From: a virus
Lineage: Duplodnaviria; Caudoviricetes
DNA: 64,000 bases
Virus record (IMG/VR): IMGVR_UViG_3300043104_000334
Strand: one strand, 5' to 3'
A model generated the notes under the pieces. That model made no database searches, was not told the origin of the DNA, and saw only the letters and a program-made list of their open reading frames with translations. Below are positions 49,919-59,090 of the stretch, one piece after another. Both the position numbers and the translations under genes were made by a program. Within the stretch, counting starts at the first letter, position 1, and each line of letters starts with the position of its first letter.

Positions 49919-50155
49919 TTATGACTTCTTCAGCCAAACAATGACGCCAATAAGCAGCACCAAATCCACAGCAAGGAGGATAAGGAACATAGGCGTAAAG
50001 CCGAACTTAACAGTGTTCACAATGAACATGATAAGCATGACCGGCAGGGCGATTGCCATGATTGCCAGTGCGATAGCGATGAATATGTAGAGTCCTCTCG
50101 ATTTTGTGTTTGAGCTTGAGCACATATAGCTCAGTTCTTCAAAGAATTCTTTCAT
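49919..50155 (-). CDS. Small 2-TM membrane protein
   Basis: 78 aa, two hydrophobic segments. Confidence 0.65.
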   Translation of the reverse strand: MKEFFEELSYMCSSSNTKSRGLYIFIAIALAIMAIALPVMLIMFIVNTVKFGFTPMFLILLAVDLVLLIGVIVWLKKS

Positions 50156-50156
50156 T

Positions 50157-50720
50157 TTACTTTACCTCCGAAATTACTTCCAAATTAACAATTGCAAACT
50201 CATACCCCTCCGAGTAACGTCTTTCCTTGACCGTTACTTCACACTCGAGTATAGACTGCTTTTTCACTGTTGACAGTTTCTTTGCCTGATTTCCAAATGC
50301 AACAACAGGCATTGCGTAAGGAGCTTTAAGCATATCCTTACTTTTAAGCGTAGCCATATAGAATGGCTTTGCATCAGGTCCGACTGTACGAAGATAGCAT
50401 TTATCTGAGTTAAGGAACATCCCCACAACCTTCCCATTCAGATACTTACTCAATTCAAATCCTTCGGACGGGACAAAGTCAAACTTCTTAACACATAAGC
50501 ACAAGTCTACCGGCTTGTCTGATGTACCTAATCTTGTAATGACCCAGTCACTCGTGACAATACAGTCACCAACAGAAATGTCATTGAAAATTGGAAGCAA
50601 GATTTTAAAACCTTTTAATGTTTCAACCTCCATCTTATGGAGATTGTACTTGAAGCCATTGATATCAACAACATCACCAATGTTTGCTTCAGTGATTCTT
50701 GCCTTTAATTCACAATTCAT
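50157..50720 (-). CDS. Single-stranded DNA-binding-like protein (tandem OB)
   Basis: PVVAFGNQAKKL...ILECEVTVKERRY resembles the SSB C..WG..A..L..G..V.GRL..R.Y signature. Confidence 0.55.
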   Translation of the reverse strand: MNCELKARITEANIGDVVDINGFKYNLHKMEVETLKGFKILLPIFNDISVGDCIVTSDWVITRLGTSDKPVDLCLCVKKFDFVPSEGFELSKYLNGKVVGMFLNSDKCYLRTVGPDAKPFYMATLKSKDMLKAPYAMPVVAFGNQAKKLSTVKKQSILECEVTVKERRYSEGYEFAIVNLEVISEVK

Positions 50721-50755
50721 ATGCGTACCCCTTTTGGCAATGTAACATAACTACA

Positions 50756-52756
50756 TTAACCAAAGTTACTTAAATTTGATAATGTGTCAACCATCTCAGA
50801 TACACCAAGAATAAGGACAGGCCCAATAAAGCATCCAATCAAAGCCAATGCTGCAGGAGCAACCGCAATAAGCTTTGCTGAATTCTTCCTTTGTTCAAGT
50901 TCCTCAGTTCTCAACATTTCTGTAATAGTCAACGTCTGTGCCTTGTCCAGTGCCATATCAGAAAATGCATCATGCAGACTAAGAGTATAAACACTACTCT
51001 TAAGTTTTCTCAATAGACGCTTAAAATCATTTACTGGACTTGAAGCTTCAAGTCTGTCCAAGGCAAGCATAGGGTTCGCTATATAAGAGTAGTGACACCT
51101 ACGAATAGCAGCCTTATGAACAGCAGCTTGTTTTTCCAACCAGCATAATGCTTTGTACACGTCCATCTTAGTTTCTGACAATACAATCATCATGGTCTGT
51201 AACTGCGACACATCATTTGTTGCCTCATACATAACAAGCTTCTTACGCATACTAAGTGTAATCTCTGGTATATGCCAACACAGTATTGCTACTACGTAAC
51301 ACACAAGCCACCACCACCAATAATAGTGTGCACCATGGTAGCCTTCATACTTTGTACGTAAGCGTTTCATCTGTTCTGAGGCATCTGAATCAGAAATACC
51401 AGTAATACGCCCTTGGACGTAACTTTGTAGGGTTTCGTCGTCATAGGCTTCATACTCTTCCTGATCCAGCTTCATAAAATCATCATCCATCATTACTATC
51501 TGGTTATGCTGTGTTTCGGTAACTGTCTGTGGAATAAAACTCAGGGAATTGTAATTATTGTAGAAGTTATCCCGCACAGTAATAGTACCAAACAGTAATA
51601 TAACAAAAGCCGCAAGAAACCCTGCAACAGCGTAAATCGGCTTTGCAGTGTAAATATATCTTATGTCTTTTGCGGACAATGAATCATTAAGCATGTTCTG
51701 TAGCTTTACTACAGTTTTATATTTCTTAGGCGAGATTGCATCCACAAAGTCACGAACTTTCTTGTTCTTACTAAGTTCGTCAATGGCTTTTGACTTATCA
51801 ATCTGATTAACGACACTAGGCCTACACGCCGTCGAAATATAATGGTAAGAGAACATGGTTGTAAGCATTATCGCTACATGCATAAACAATCCATAGTACC
51901 CTTTCAATAGGGAAGCTGTACCCGGTATCTGATTTAATAGATACCACTCAAATACAGGCATAATAATAAGACCTGCAAGCGATAACATCTGCAGGGAGTT
52001 AAATGCAATCTTCTGTTTTGTAAGACGCCGAATCTCAGCATCACACTCCTGTCTCAGAGTAGTCATATCCTCTGAGAATGAGTCAGCACCATTTTCATGT
52101 TTAACAGCACCATTCTCATTTACAATGTAACAGGTATTCGCGAATGTTTTGATAATCGCAACCGGATAAGAATGCTGAAACTGTTCAAGTCGTTCGGCAC
52201 CATTTGTATCTGTTAAGATACGATAAATGTTATTCATAGGCGTCTCGAGGTATTTACTCTTTTCAGCATACAAAACCGCTAATGGAATGTTATCTGTCTC
52301 AAGATACTTTTCGCGTACACTCGAGATTGTCATGGAACACTCTTCCATTAGCTTGATATAGATTTTGTCATTTTCTTTCTCTATTACCGACTGATAATAA
52401 ACGTATCCCATAAATCCCATAAGGATTGATACCAAAGCATCACGCATGATTACCATAGATACGACCGGTAGGATTATCATGATAGATACATTCTTCTCAA
52501 ATATCTTTACAGACTCTTCTTTTACCGTGTCAGAATCGTAACACGATAGAGATGCATACATCTCAACAATTCGTCTGAACGGACCACGAATGATTATGTT
52601 GTTATAATAAACAGCAAATCGATTATGCAGTTTCCGTTTTTGCTTAAGCGCGAACTCTTTGTTTTCCTTGGCCTTTGCTTTTGCAGTGAAGTATATAAAG
52701 GCTATAATAGTAGCAACGAGTATGCCTAAGTTCATAAGAATCATTTGCTTAGTCAT
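50756..52756 (-). CDS. Fused TadB/TadC-like pilus platform membrane protein
   Basis: 666 aa with two T2SSF-like helical/TM halves; associated with CpaF and pilins. Confidence 0.7.
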   Translation of the reverse strand: MTKQMILMNLGILVATIIAFIYFTAKAKAKENKEFALKQKRKLHNRFAVYYNNIIIRGPFRRIVEMYASLSCYDSDTVKEESVKIFEKNVSIMIILPVVSMVIMRDALVSILMGFMGYVYYQSVIEKENDKIYIKLMEECSMTISSVREKYLETDNIPLAVLYAEKSKYLETPMNNIYRILTDTNGAERLEQFQHSYPVAIIKTFANTCYIVNENGAVKHENGADSFSEDMTTLRQECDAEIRRLTKQKIAFNSLQMLSLAGLIIMPVFEWYLLNQIPGTASLLKGYYGLFMHVAIMLTTMFSYHYISTACRPSVVNQIDKSKAIDELSKNKKVRDFVDAISPKKYKTVVKLQNMLNDSLSAKDIRYIYTAKPIYAVAGFLAAFVILLFGTITVRDNFYNNYNSLSFIPQTVTETQHNQIVMMDDDFMKLDQEEYEAYDDETLQSYVQGRITGISDSDASEQMKRLRTKYEGYHGAHYYWWWWLVCYVVAILCWHIPEITLSMRKKLVMYEATNDVSQLQTMMIVLSETKMDVYKALCWLEKQAAVHKAAIRRCHYSYIANPMLALDRLEASSPVNDFKRLLRKLKSSVYTLSLHDAFSDMALDKAQTLTITEMLRTEELEQRKNSAKLIAVAPAALALIGCFIGPVLILGVSEMVDTLSNLSNFG

Positions 52757-52784
52757 TCTTATTTCTCCTTATACATAACTATAA

Positions 52785-53222
52785 TTAGGAACGATTCGAA
52801 TACGAGTAATTCATAGGATTTGTTTCACTACTCCAGAAGTACTCATTACTGTCATCCGGATTATACTTGATATCAAGTGATGTAGGGTAGTCAGGATTCG
52901 TATTGTAGTCAATAGCAAATGTAACCATCTCATTACTATCGTCTATGAAGTAGTAAGTGACAGTGTACTTAGTCCTAACACCTATTTCAGCATAAATGCC
53001 ACGCGAATACAAAACTTCGCATTTATTCACATCATAGACATCTGCGGTTGTAACTCCTGTACATCTCTGTTTTGCTTGATACAATTTAGTGTTTCCATAT
53101 ACAGCAGCAACAACAAGTAAAATCCAAAGTGGAATACAAATGATAGTCAAAATCTTTAATCCGTATCCTGCCAAATCGTTCTGTAAACATTTGTTTCCAA
53201 TTTCATTTGTCCGTACGTCCAT
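52785..53222 (-). CDS. DUF3592-like membrane protein, paralog 3
   Basis: TM then Y.V.Y...P....IKYNP....Y. Confidence 0.6.
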   Translation of the reverse strand: MDVRTNEIGNKCLQNDLAGYGLKILTIICIPLWILLVVAAVYGNTKLYQAKQRCTGVTTADVYDVNKCEVLYSRGIYAEIGVRTKYTVTYYFIDDSNEMVTFAIDYNTNPDYPTSLDIKYNPDDSNEYFWSSETNPMNYSYSNRS

Positions 53223-53225
53223 AGT

Positions 53226-53570
53226 CTAATCCTCCATTTTAACAATAAGATATTCACTAGGATAACTAGGATTATACCGTATGTTTATTGTATCAGGATA
53301 CCCAGTATCTGAATAAGTCTTTCTTACCGAAATTTGTTTATCGCTGTTAACCCGAGCTGTATAGACTACATTGTACCTTGTCTTATCTTTCCAGACTGTA
53401 CCTCTCATATCTTTAACTTCTGTAGCTGTTACAGTAGCAACTGCAGTAGATGTACAGCTTCTTTGCAATCTTACATTACCAGTAATACACAACATGACAA
53501 GAACCGTAAGCACGACTGTGCATGCAACTCTTACCTTGTGTTCATCTGATAACTTGAATCTCTTACGCAT
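53226..53570 (-). CDS. DUF3592-like membrane protein, paralog 2
   Basis: TM then YNVVY...YPDTINIRYNPSYPSEY. Confidence 0.6.
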   Translation of the reverse strand: MRKRFKLSDEHKVRVACTVVLTVLVMLCITGNVRLQRSCTSTAVATVTATEVKDMRGTVWKDKTRYNVVYTARVNSDKQISVRKTYSDTGYPDTINIRYNPSYPSEYLIVKMED

Positions 53571-53588
53571 GCGTAATCATCCTCCAAT

Positions 53589-53981
53589 CTAGGTCCTGTT
53601 TATCTTTGTCCAATCAACATTTTCACCAGCCTTGTAATAGTAATAATCACTAAGCTGTTTCTGATTGTATTTCACAGTAACATTGTCAGGATGTTCTTCC
53701 GTCCGATATGTTATAACGAACGTAATCTCTTCATTGTTGTTATCCTCAAACGCATAAGTAACATTGTACTTGAAGAATTCACTACTTGAGCCATCACCCT
53801 CATCAGTACATTCATAAGGAAGCTCCTGAACATATTTAACAGTAGCATCCTTATATACTGACTCCAACATACTAGTACTTGGTATCAAATAGGAATAAAT
53901 TAAAATTCCGAAAAATGATGAAAAGAAGCATATTGTGAAAGTTCTCATTCTCTTTCCAGAAGTACTACCTTTTCTTAACAT
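53589..53981 (-). CDS. DUF3592-like membrane protein, paralog 1
   Basis: TM then YNVTY...HPDNVTVKYNQ. Confidence 0.6.
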   Translation of the reverse strand: MLRKGSTSGKRMRTFTICFFSSFFGILIYSYLIPSTSMLESVYKDATVKYVQELPYECTDEGDGSSSEFFKYNVTYAFEDNNNEEITFVITYRTEEHPDNVTVKYNQKQLSDYYYYKAGENVDWTKINRT

Positions 53982-54033
53982 ATCTTTAGTCTCCTCTCTA
54001 AGTTTCCTTAGACATACGTATTTATGCTAGACC

Positions 54034-54059
54034 TACAGGAAACAATTTTGTTTCCTGTA
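54034..54059 (-). terminator. Hairpin after 54075-55436
   Basis: TACAGGAAACAA-NN-TTGTTTCCTGTA. Confidence 0.65.
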
Positions 54060-54074
54060 AGCTGTCATCCTTAT

Positions 54075-55436
54075 TTAAACTACACAGATTAAATCCCACT
54101 CTGACTTCTTTACCTGATGCTTAAGACTTGCAATCAGTGGACGATTCACAGACATTCCCATAGAGTCGATATCTTCCTGCAAGGCAATATACAAAGCTGC
54201 AGATACTGGCGTAGGCACATCACCAGAACTTTCAGCTGTGTCAAAATCAGATATGGCTTTCTTTGTTTTCTGATAAGTGCCAACTTCTGTCATGATAGGA
54301 GCAATCTGTATATAGAGTTTCCTACATGCAAGAGCAGACTTTAAGTCTCCGTTAATGTGCGCAATTTCTTTACGCTTCTTGTTAATGTCTTCATACGTAA
54401 TTGTAAGATACTCTTCTTTCTTCTCAGCCTTCCCATCAACAGTAACACCGATTTCTCCAACCGGAATAGCATCCCAGTCTTCTTTATTGACGCTGTATTT
54501 CATGGCATCAACAACAGGTGCATTCTTGGTTGTGCGCAGTATAGATATAGCCTCATCAAATGCTGCGATTACATCAGCAGCCATCTCCGGTACAGGTGTA
54601 TCTCTCCAGGCATCTCTAACTTTATCAGCAGTAAATGACCGTCCGAATTTATCGAATAATCCGGAAATCATATCGTACACCTTGCAGTATGCTTTTGCAC
54701 TGTCACTTTCATCGTCAAGAGCCTTAAGTCCATCAATCTTAAGATTGATTTCTTTAAGTGTAAGAACAAACTGTTCTTTCTCAGGCATAGCAACAGTTTT
54801 TACGTTTGCTGCATTCAAGAGCATCCGACGTTTCTCAGCATCTTTCTCGGTCATAAGTCCATTGTCAACGAGAGCCTGCAGATAGATTTCTTCTGCATTC
54901 TCAACACCATTGTCCCGATCATCATAATACTGTCTGCGGAGGACATCACCGAGTCTTTCCTTGGTATCCGTTGTATTCATAATCTCTCCGTAACGAGTCT
55001 TGAACTTAGCACTCTCCTCAGGTGTAAACTCGTAACCCTTTGCAATAAGCTGGATGTACAACTCAGCCGCACAGAGTTTAAGCTCCTTGTATTTCTCAAT
55101 CCATGTATTTGAACCGACAAGATAGCCAACATTAGCATCTACACGTTTTGCCCAGTTACCGACACCCATAATGAGGTTGGCTGCACATAGCTGCTTAAAG
55201 TAAGCTATGTCAGACTTAATTTCCTCAAACTCATCATGCATCTTTGTAAACTCTTCATCAGAGTAACATCCGAGGTTTAAAGCCTCCTTAAGAACATCAG
55301 TACCAATGTTCTCGCCATTCTTAATTTTCATAAGAGCCTGCCCTACAAGTTCAGCGCATCTCTTATCAAATATAAGATTACCGAAAGTTACTTCATCGTC
55401 TCTTAATTTGAAATTGAAACTAGGATTCCAACCCAT
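54075..55436 (-). CDS. Hypothetical protein with duplicated C-terminal domain
   Basis: 453 aa; two ~105-aa repeats ending MKYSVNKEDWDAI and LKHQVKKSEWDLI. Confidence 0.75.
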   Translation of the reverse strand: MGWNPSFNFKLRDDEVTFGNLIFDKRCAELVGQALMKIKNGENIGTDVLKEALNLGCYSDEEFTKMHDEFEEIKSDIAYFKQLCAANLIMGVGNWAKRVDANVGYLVGSNTWIEKYKELKLCAAELYIQLIAKGYEFTPEESAKFKTRYGEIMNTTDTKERLGDVLRRQYYDDRDNGVENAEEIYLQALVDNGLMTEKDAEKRRMLLNAANVKTVAMPEKEQFVLTLKEINLKIDGLKALDDESDSAKAYCKVYDMISGLFDKFGRSFTADKVRDAWRDTPVPEMAADVIAAFDEAISILRTTKNAPVVDAMKYSVNKEDWDAIPVGEIGVTVDGKAEKKEEYLTITYEDINKKRKEIAHINGDLKSALACRKLYIQIAPIMTEVGTYQKTKKAISDFDTAESSGDVPTPVSAALYIALQEDIDSMGMSVNRPLIASLKHQVKKSEWDLICVV

Positions 55437-55493
55437 GTTTTAAACCCTCCATGTAAGAATACTCAGCAGGTTAAGAGACTCATCTCTCCCTTA

Positions 55494-55505
55494 CACTGAT
55501 ATATG
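55494..55505 (-). promoter_or_regulatory. Variant promoter-like motif CATATATCAGTG
   Basis: Two mismatches to the core; 57 nt upstream of ATG 55436. Confidence 0.45.
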
Positions 55506-55619
55506 ATTTTCAGTTAATTTGTGTTTCATTTTTTAGTCATGTGAGATATAATATTTATTAATATTAAGTTCAACAAAGTTGACCACTTCCACAGACAAAC
55601 ACATTAAATTCAGTCACAG

Positions 55620-56046
55620 TTATCTTCCCTGCTCTCTTAACATGTCAGCCATTTTACTGCTTCGGTTTCCTGCAGTGAACCTTTGCCATATCTTTCTGCA
55701 ATATCACTAATTCTCTCTTGAATGGTCATATCCTGACCGGCAGGACCCGTAGTGATGTCTGCATAATTCAAAAGCCGCAGCATTGAAGAGTCATATTCTG
55801 TCTGCACAATACTGTGGTAACGAATCTCATTCCAGAACTTGTATCCTTGCTCTTTTAATAAGAATCCACCTTTCTCTGCATGTTCTTCCGGTCTCTTGGA
55901 AAACTCATAACCAATATCATGTAACATACCAAGTATGAACGCTTCATCCGGATTAACGGGATATACATCGTGTTCTGTTTCTGCCATCTTTTTCATTTTG
56001 TTGCTACTGACAAGCTGTGTCTTAATCTATCTTCTGAAATCCTCAT
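55620..56046 (-). pseudogene. HD-domain protein with two apparent -1 frameshifts
   Basis: MRISEDRLRHSLSVA (from 56046) is out of frame with MKKMAE...GMLHDIGY...LNYAD; adding one A near 56000 and one near 55653 restores ...VANKMKKMAE... and ...AVKMADMLREQGR*. Confidence 0.7.
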
Positions 56047-56129
56047 TTGCCTGTCTCTCCATTAATTAAGTAATTAACCTAAAGTCTAAAATAGGCATTC
56101 TATCAGCTTAATGTTTTGAACTGATAAAG

Positions 56130-56203
56130 TGGACCATATAGGACTTGAACCTATGACCAACCGGTTATGAGCCGGCCGCTCTCACCAACTGAGCTAATGG
56201 TCC
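56130..56203 (-). tRNA. tRNA with CAU anticodon, most likely tRNA-Ile2 (lysidine); CCA not encoded
   Basis: GGACCATTAGCTCAGTTGGTGAGAGCGGCCGGCT-CAT-AACCGGTTGGTCATAGGTTCAAGTCCTATATGGTCCA folds as a cloverleaf and resembles Firmicutes Ile2 (GGACC..TAGCTCAG...GGCTCATAACCG). Confidence 0.9.
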
Positions 56204-56209
56204 TGCTTG

Positions 56210-56431
56210 TTACATAAAATGACTACCTGCTAATATAGCATTAATTCTTGCATAACAACGTAAAATATTATTCAAACGCTGTTCCTTATTTTCCTCATAT
56301 TCTCTCTGCTCTTCAGGAGTTAAAGAACCCCACCATTCCTCATAAAGGTGCTCCTTGTACCAAGCAATAGCATCAAAGTATGGTGTTGTTCGATACCATC
56401 TAATCCTTTTCACATAAGCGTGAAATGCCAT
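56210..56431 (-). CDS. Small hypothetical protein
   Basis: Likely start MAFHAY near 56431 after AAGGAGG. Confidence 0.55.
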   Translation of the reverse strand: MAFHAYVKRIRWYRTTPYFDAIAWYKEHLYEEWWGSLTPEEQREYEENKEQRLNNILRCYARINAILAGSHFM

Positions 56432-56645
56432 ATTTACGGACCTCCTTATCGTAGTCACGTTTTATACTTGGATACGCAGCAACATAATGAGTGACATTTC
56501 CTTTACTCATGTATCCTGCACTATGCTGTATTTTATTTCTATGTTTTTCATAAAGTGATCCGCCCTGCATACCCAAGTCATGCATAAGCTGCACACGTTG
56601 TGCAATCTTCTTTTTCCTACGACTTCTTCTTTCTGCCCTGTTCAT
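56400..56645 (-). CDS. Small basic hypothetical protein
   Basis: MNRAERR start typical of phage small proteins. Confidence 0.6.
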   Translation of the reverse strand: MNRAERRSRRKKKIAQRVQLMHDLGMQGGSLYEKHRNKIQHSAGYMSKGNVTHYVAAYPSIKRDYDKEVRKYGISRLCEKD

Positions 56646-56650
56646 AAATG

Positions 56651-56914
56651 TTACCCCATATCCTGTTTCTTACATTTAAGTAGTTTACATCGTTTTCCCT
56701 GAATAGCTTCTACACTTCTGTGAATTATTTTCCCTAATTCAAAATCAGTTATGGAATGTTCGAGTATCATTTCACATTCCTCTACCGTGTATTGTTTATG
56801 ACTTCTATCAGCGAACTTTTTACTTTCATCATAATTCTGTTTACGCTGACGCGTTCTATATATTAGCGCTTTCTCTTTATCAGCATAAGCATGTATAGAT
56901 TTTGGCATAAGCAT
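56651..56914 (-). CDS. Small HTH (Myb-like) DNA-binding protein
   Basis: YTVEECEMIL...ELGKIIHRSVEAIQGKRCKL pattern. Confidence 0.55.
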   Translation of the reverse strand: MLMPKSIHAYADKEKALIYRTRQRKQNYDESKKFADRSHKQYTVEECEMILEHSITDFELGKIIHRSVEAIQGKRCKLLKCKKQDMG

Positions 56915-56922
56915 CTACCTCC

Positions 56923-57159
56923 TTATTGACCCTTATAAAGATGTGTTTCATTCTCACATGTTATGAATAACATGCTTTCCCGCTTTACAATACTTATGCC
57001 AGTTAGATATGTAGTCATATACTTTTCATCACGCAAAATGATATTTCTTTTCGGATATTTTCTACGCATCCTTGCAAACAGTGATGCATTATTAACAATA
57101 CAGATAGGTATGTTATAGTCTGTATTATCAATAACTCTTTCTATTCCTGCATCAATCAT
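56923..57159 (-). CDS. Small hypothetical protein
   Basis: 78 aa, GGAGG RBS. Confidence 0.6.
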   Translation of the reverse strand: MIDAGIERVIDNTDYNIPICIVNNASLFARMRRKYPKRNIILRDEKYMTTYLTGISIVKRESMLFITCENETHLYKGQ

Positions 57160-57203
57160 TGATTTCCTCCACTTTAAATACAGTAGTTAAGACCACTATA
57201 TTT

Positions 57204-57225
57204 AGAATGGGATTTCTCCCATTCT
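57204..57225 (-). terminator. Hairpin after cpaF (GAAA loop)
   Basis: Minus strand AGAATGGGA-GAAA-TCCCATTCT. Confidence 0.7.
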
Positions 57226-57230
57226 TTATT

Positions 57231-59090
57231 TTATGCTGTTAGCACGTGAGCCCAATTCTCACGATACCAAGCAATGAAATTCTTTCTGTCTTCACCTTTA
57301 AGCTTGGAGCAGATTCTTCTGAGCGCCTCCTCAGTGTAACCATCTTTCGCTTCGTATGTCATTGTTTCTGGATTAAACTCAATAATATGCCGTGACGTGA
57401 ATCTCACACGGTCTGTTGTACGCGTATAATATTCACGTTGTAAACTAGCCAGCTGGTCGATTGCATCAGCAACATTTTCTGACCGTTTAAGCTCCGGATA
57501 AGGTTCAATCTCGTTAAGCTTAACAATCTCAGAAATAAATGCGATGACACGTTCGCCCTTAACGAAGTCAAGATGTACATTGTTCTTGATTGCATCAAGA
57601 ACAGTTGACATTGCAACATCATGGTTCTCGTACTCACCACAAGCAACAAGCGAGTTTGTAAGACCGTTGATAAGGTCAGCATCTGTCTTTGCATGATGTG
57701 AGAAGATTGTAAATGCAGATGCAATAAGACAGAACTGAATCATACGAGCAGCAACGATGTCTTCTGCAACCTCACCAACCATTGAGAGATAACCATCAGT
57801 CTTCTTCAACAAGTCCTGTAGATTTGCAGCTGATACATAATCCGTGGGCTTAACAGTAAGAACGTTCTTCCATGGATAAAGCTCACGGATAGCCAACTCA
57901 AACGACATCTCCAAGATACGAATGTTAACCATAGCAACGTCCGCCATTGCAGCTTTCATCATTGAGGTCTTACCAGTATTCTGCTGTCCTGTAAATGCTG
58001 TTGTTTGCTCGCCACGCATTAAGTAGTATATAAGTGTGCTCGGTAGCTCCCAATTCTTGATACGTGGTTTGTTAAGTAATTTTTCCTTAACGTAGAGTCC
58101 ACTAGAGAACTTACGAACAAAACAAGCCCAGCATTCACCAGCTGGCGGTCGAATAGCAGTCACACGAGCACCATCATAAGCATCATTTACTTTGTACGGA
58201 GATTTCTCCGTCATTGGTGCAGTCGTACCCCATGCCACGAGCTGGTTGATAATTCGTTTCATTTCTTCCTCTGTACCAAAGCTAAGGAACGAGAAATGAA
58301 TCCACGTAGCTTTAAGCTGTACCCATACAGAGTTTACCGTTCTGTAAGGAACATTGTATGTGCCATCAATCACGTATCGAATAGAACCTGATGTACCAAA
58401 GTTGAAACCATCAATGTCAAGACCACGAAGTGTATCCGCAACACCAAATCCAAATCTATTCTGATAAACAAGAATTGTAATGATGTCAAGCATTTCGTTA
58501 TACTCAAGCTGATGTCCATCAAGTTCCTTTTCGAGAACTTCACTAAGAAAAGTCGAGTCAAATAAGCAACGTTTGTTAATTTCACCCGTTAACTCATTTT
58601 TGATTTCACGCTCTGTAGCGAGGTCATACTTATCACACAAATAAGCCATTGTATCAGTCTTATGCTGTTTCTTCACCATGTAAATAAGAACTTCCCACTG
58701 AATGTTAGGTTCAATGTAGTAGAGGTCATTGAAATCAACAACCTCCATACAATCTTGAACCTCAGGAAGTTCACGCTCAATAATCTGACGAATACACGAT
58801 AAGACCATATTCTTTGCTCTTTCAACACCGTACACACATTCATCAAGAGCTTTGGCAATTGTCCTCTTCTTATAAGACATAGCCTTGAAATGTGTATCTG
58901 TTGTGAGCATTAAGTCATCATCACGAACCAATTCAGCCAGCTCCGTAGAGACAAGTTCACCTAATGATTCTATAGTAATCTTGCTCTTATAGTCAGCTGT
59001 AGGTCTTTCATTCTTTCTTGAGCGATACATAAGAAAGGTTATACCGGCTAAGACAGCAATGGTAAATATAGATAAAACTATTTGTACCAT
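57231..59090 (-). CDS. cpaF: Tad/Flp pilus assembly ATPase CpaF/TadA (Firmicutes long form with N-terminal TM)
   Basis: DGARVTAIRPP, FVRKF, Walker A GQQNTGKTS, LEMSFEL Asp box, Walker B MVGEV, His box FSHHAKT. Confidence 0.88.
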   Translation of the reverse strand: MVQIVLSIFTIAVLAGITFLMYRSRKNERPTADYKSKITIESLGELVSTELAELVRDDDLMLTTDTHFKAMSYKKRTIAKALDECVYGVERAKNMVLSCIRQIIERELPEVQDCMEVVDFNDLYYIEPNIQWEVLIYMVKKQHKTDTMAYLCDKYDLATEREIKNELTGEINKRCLFDSTFLSEVLEKELDGHQLEYNEMLDIITILVYQNRFGFGVADTLRGLDIDGFNFGTSGSIRYVIDGTYNVPYRTVNSVWVQLKATWIHFSFLSFGTEEEMKRIINQLVAWGTTAPMTEKSPYKVNDAYDGARVTAIRPPAGECWACFVRKFSSGLYVKEKLLNKPRIKNWELPSTLIYYLMRGEQTTAFTGQQNTGKTSMMKAAMADVAMVNIRILEMSFELAIRELYPWKNVLTVKPTDYVSAANLQDLLKKTDGYLSMVGEVAEDIVAARMIQFCLIASAFTIFSHHAKTDADLINGLTNSLVACGEYENHDVAMSTVLDAIKNNVHLDFVKGERVIAFISEIVKLNEIEPYPELKRSENVADAIDQLASLQREYYTRTTDRVRFTSRHIIEFNPETMTYEAKDGYTEEALRRICSKLKGEDRKNFIAWYRENWAHVLTA

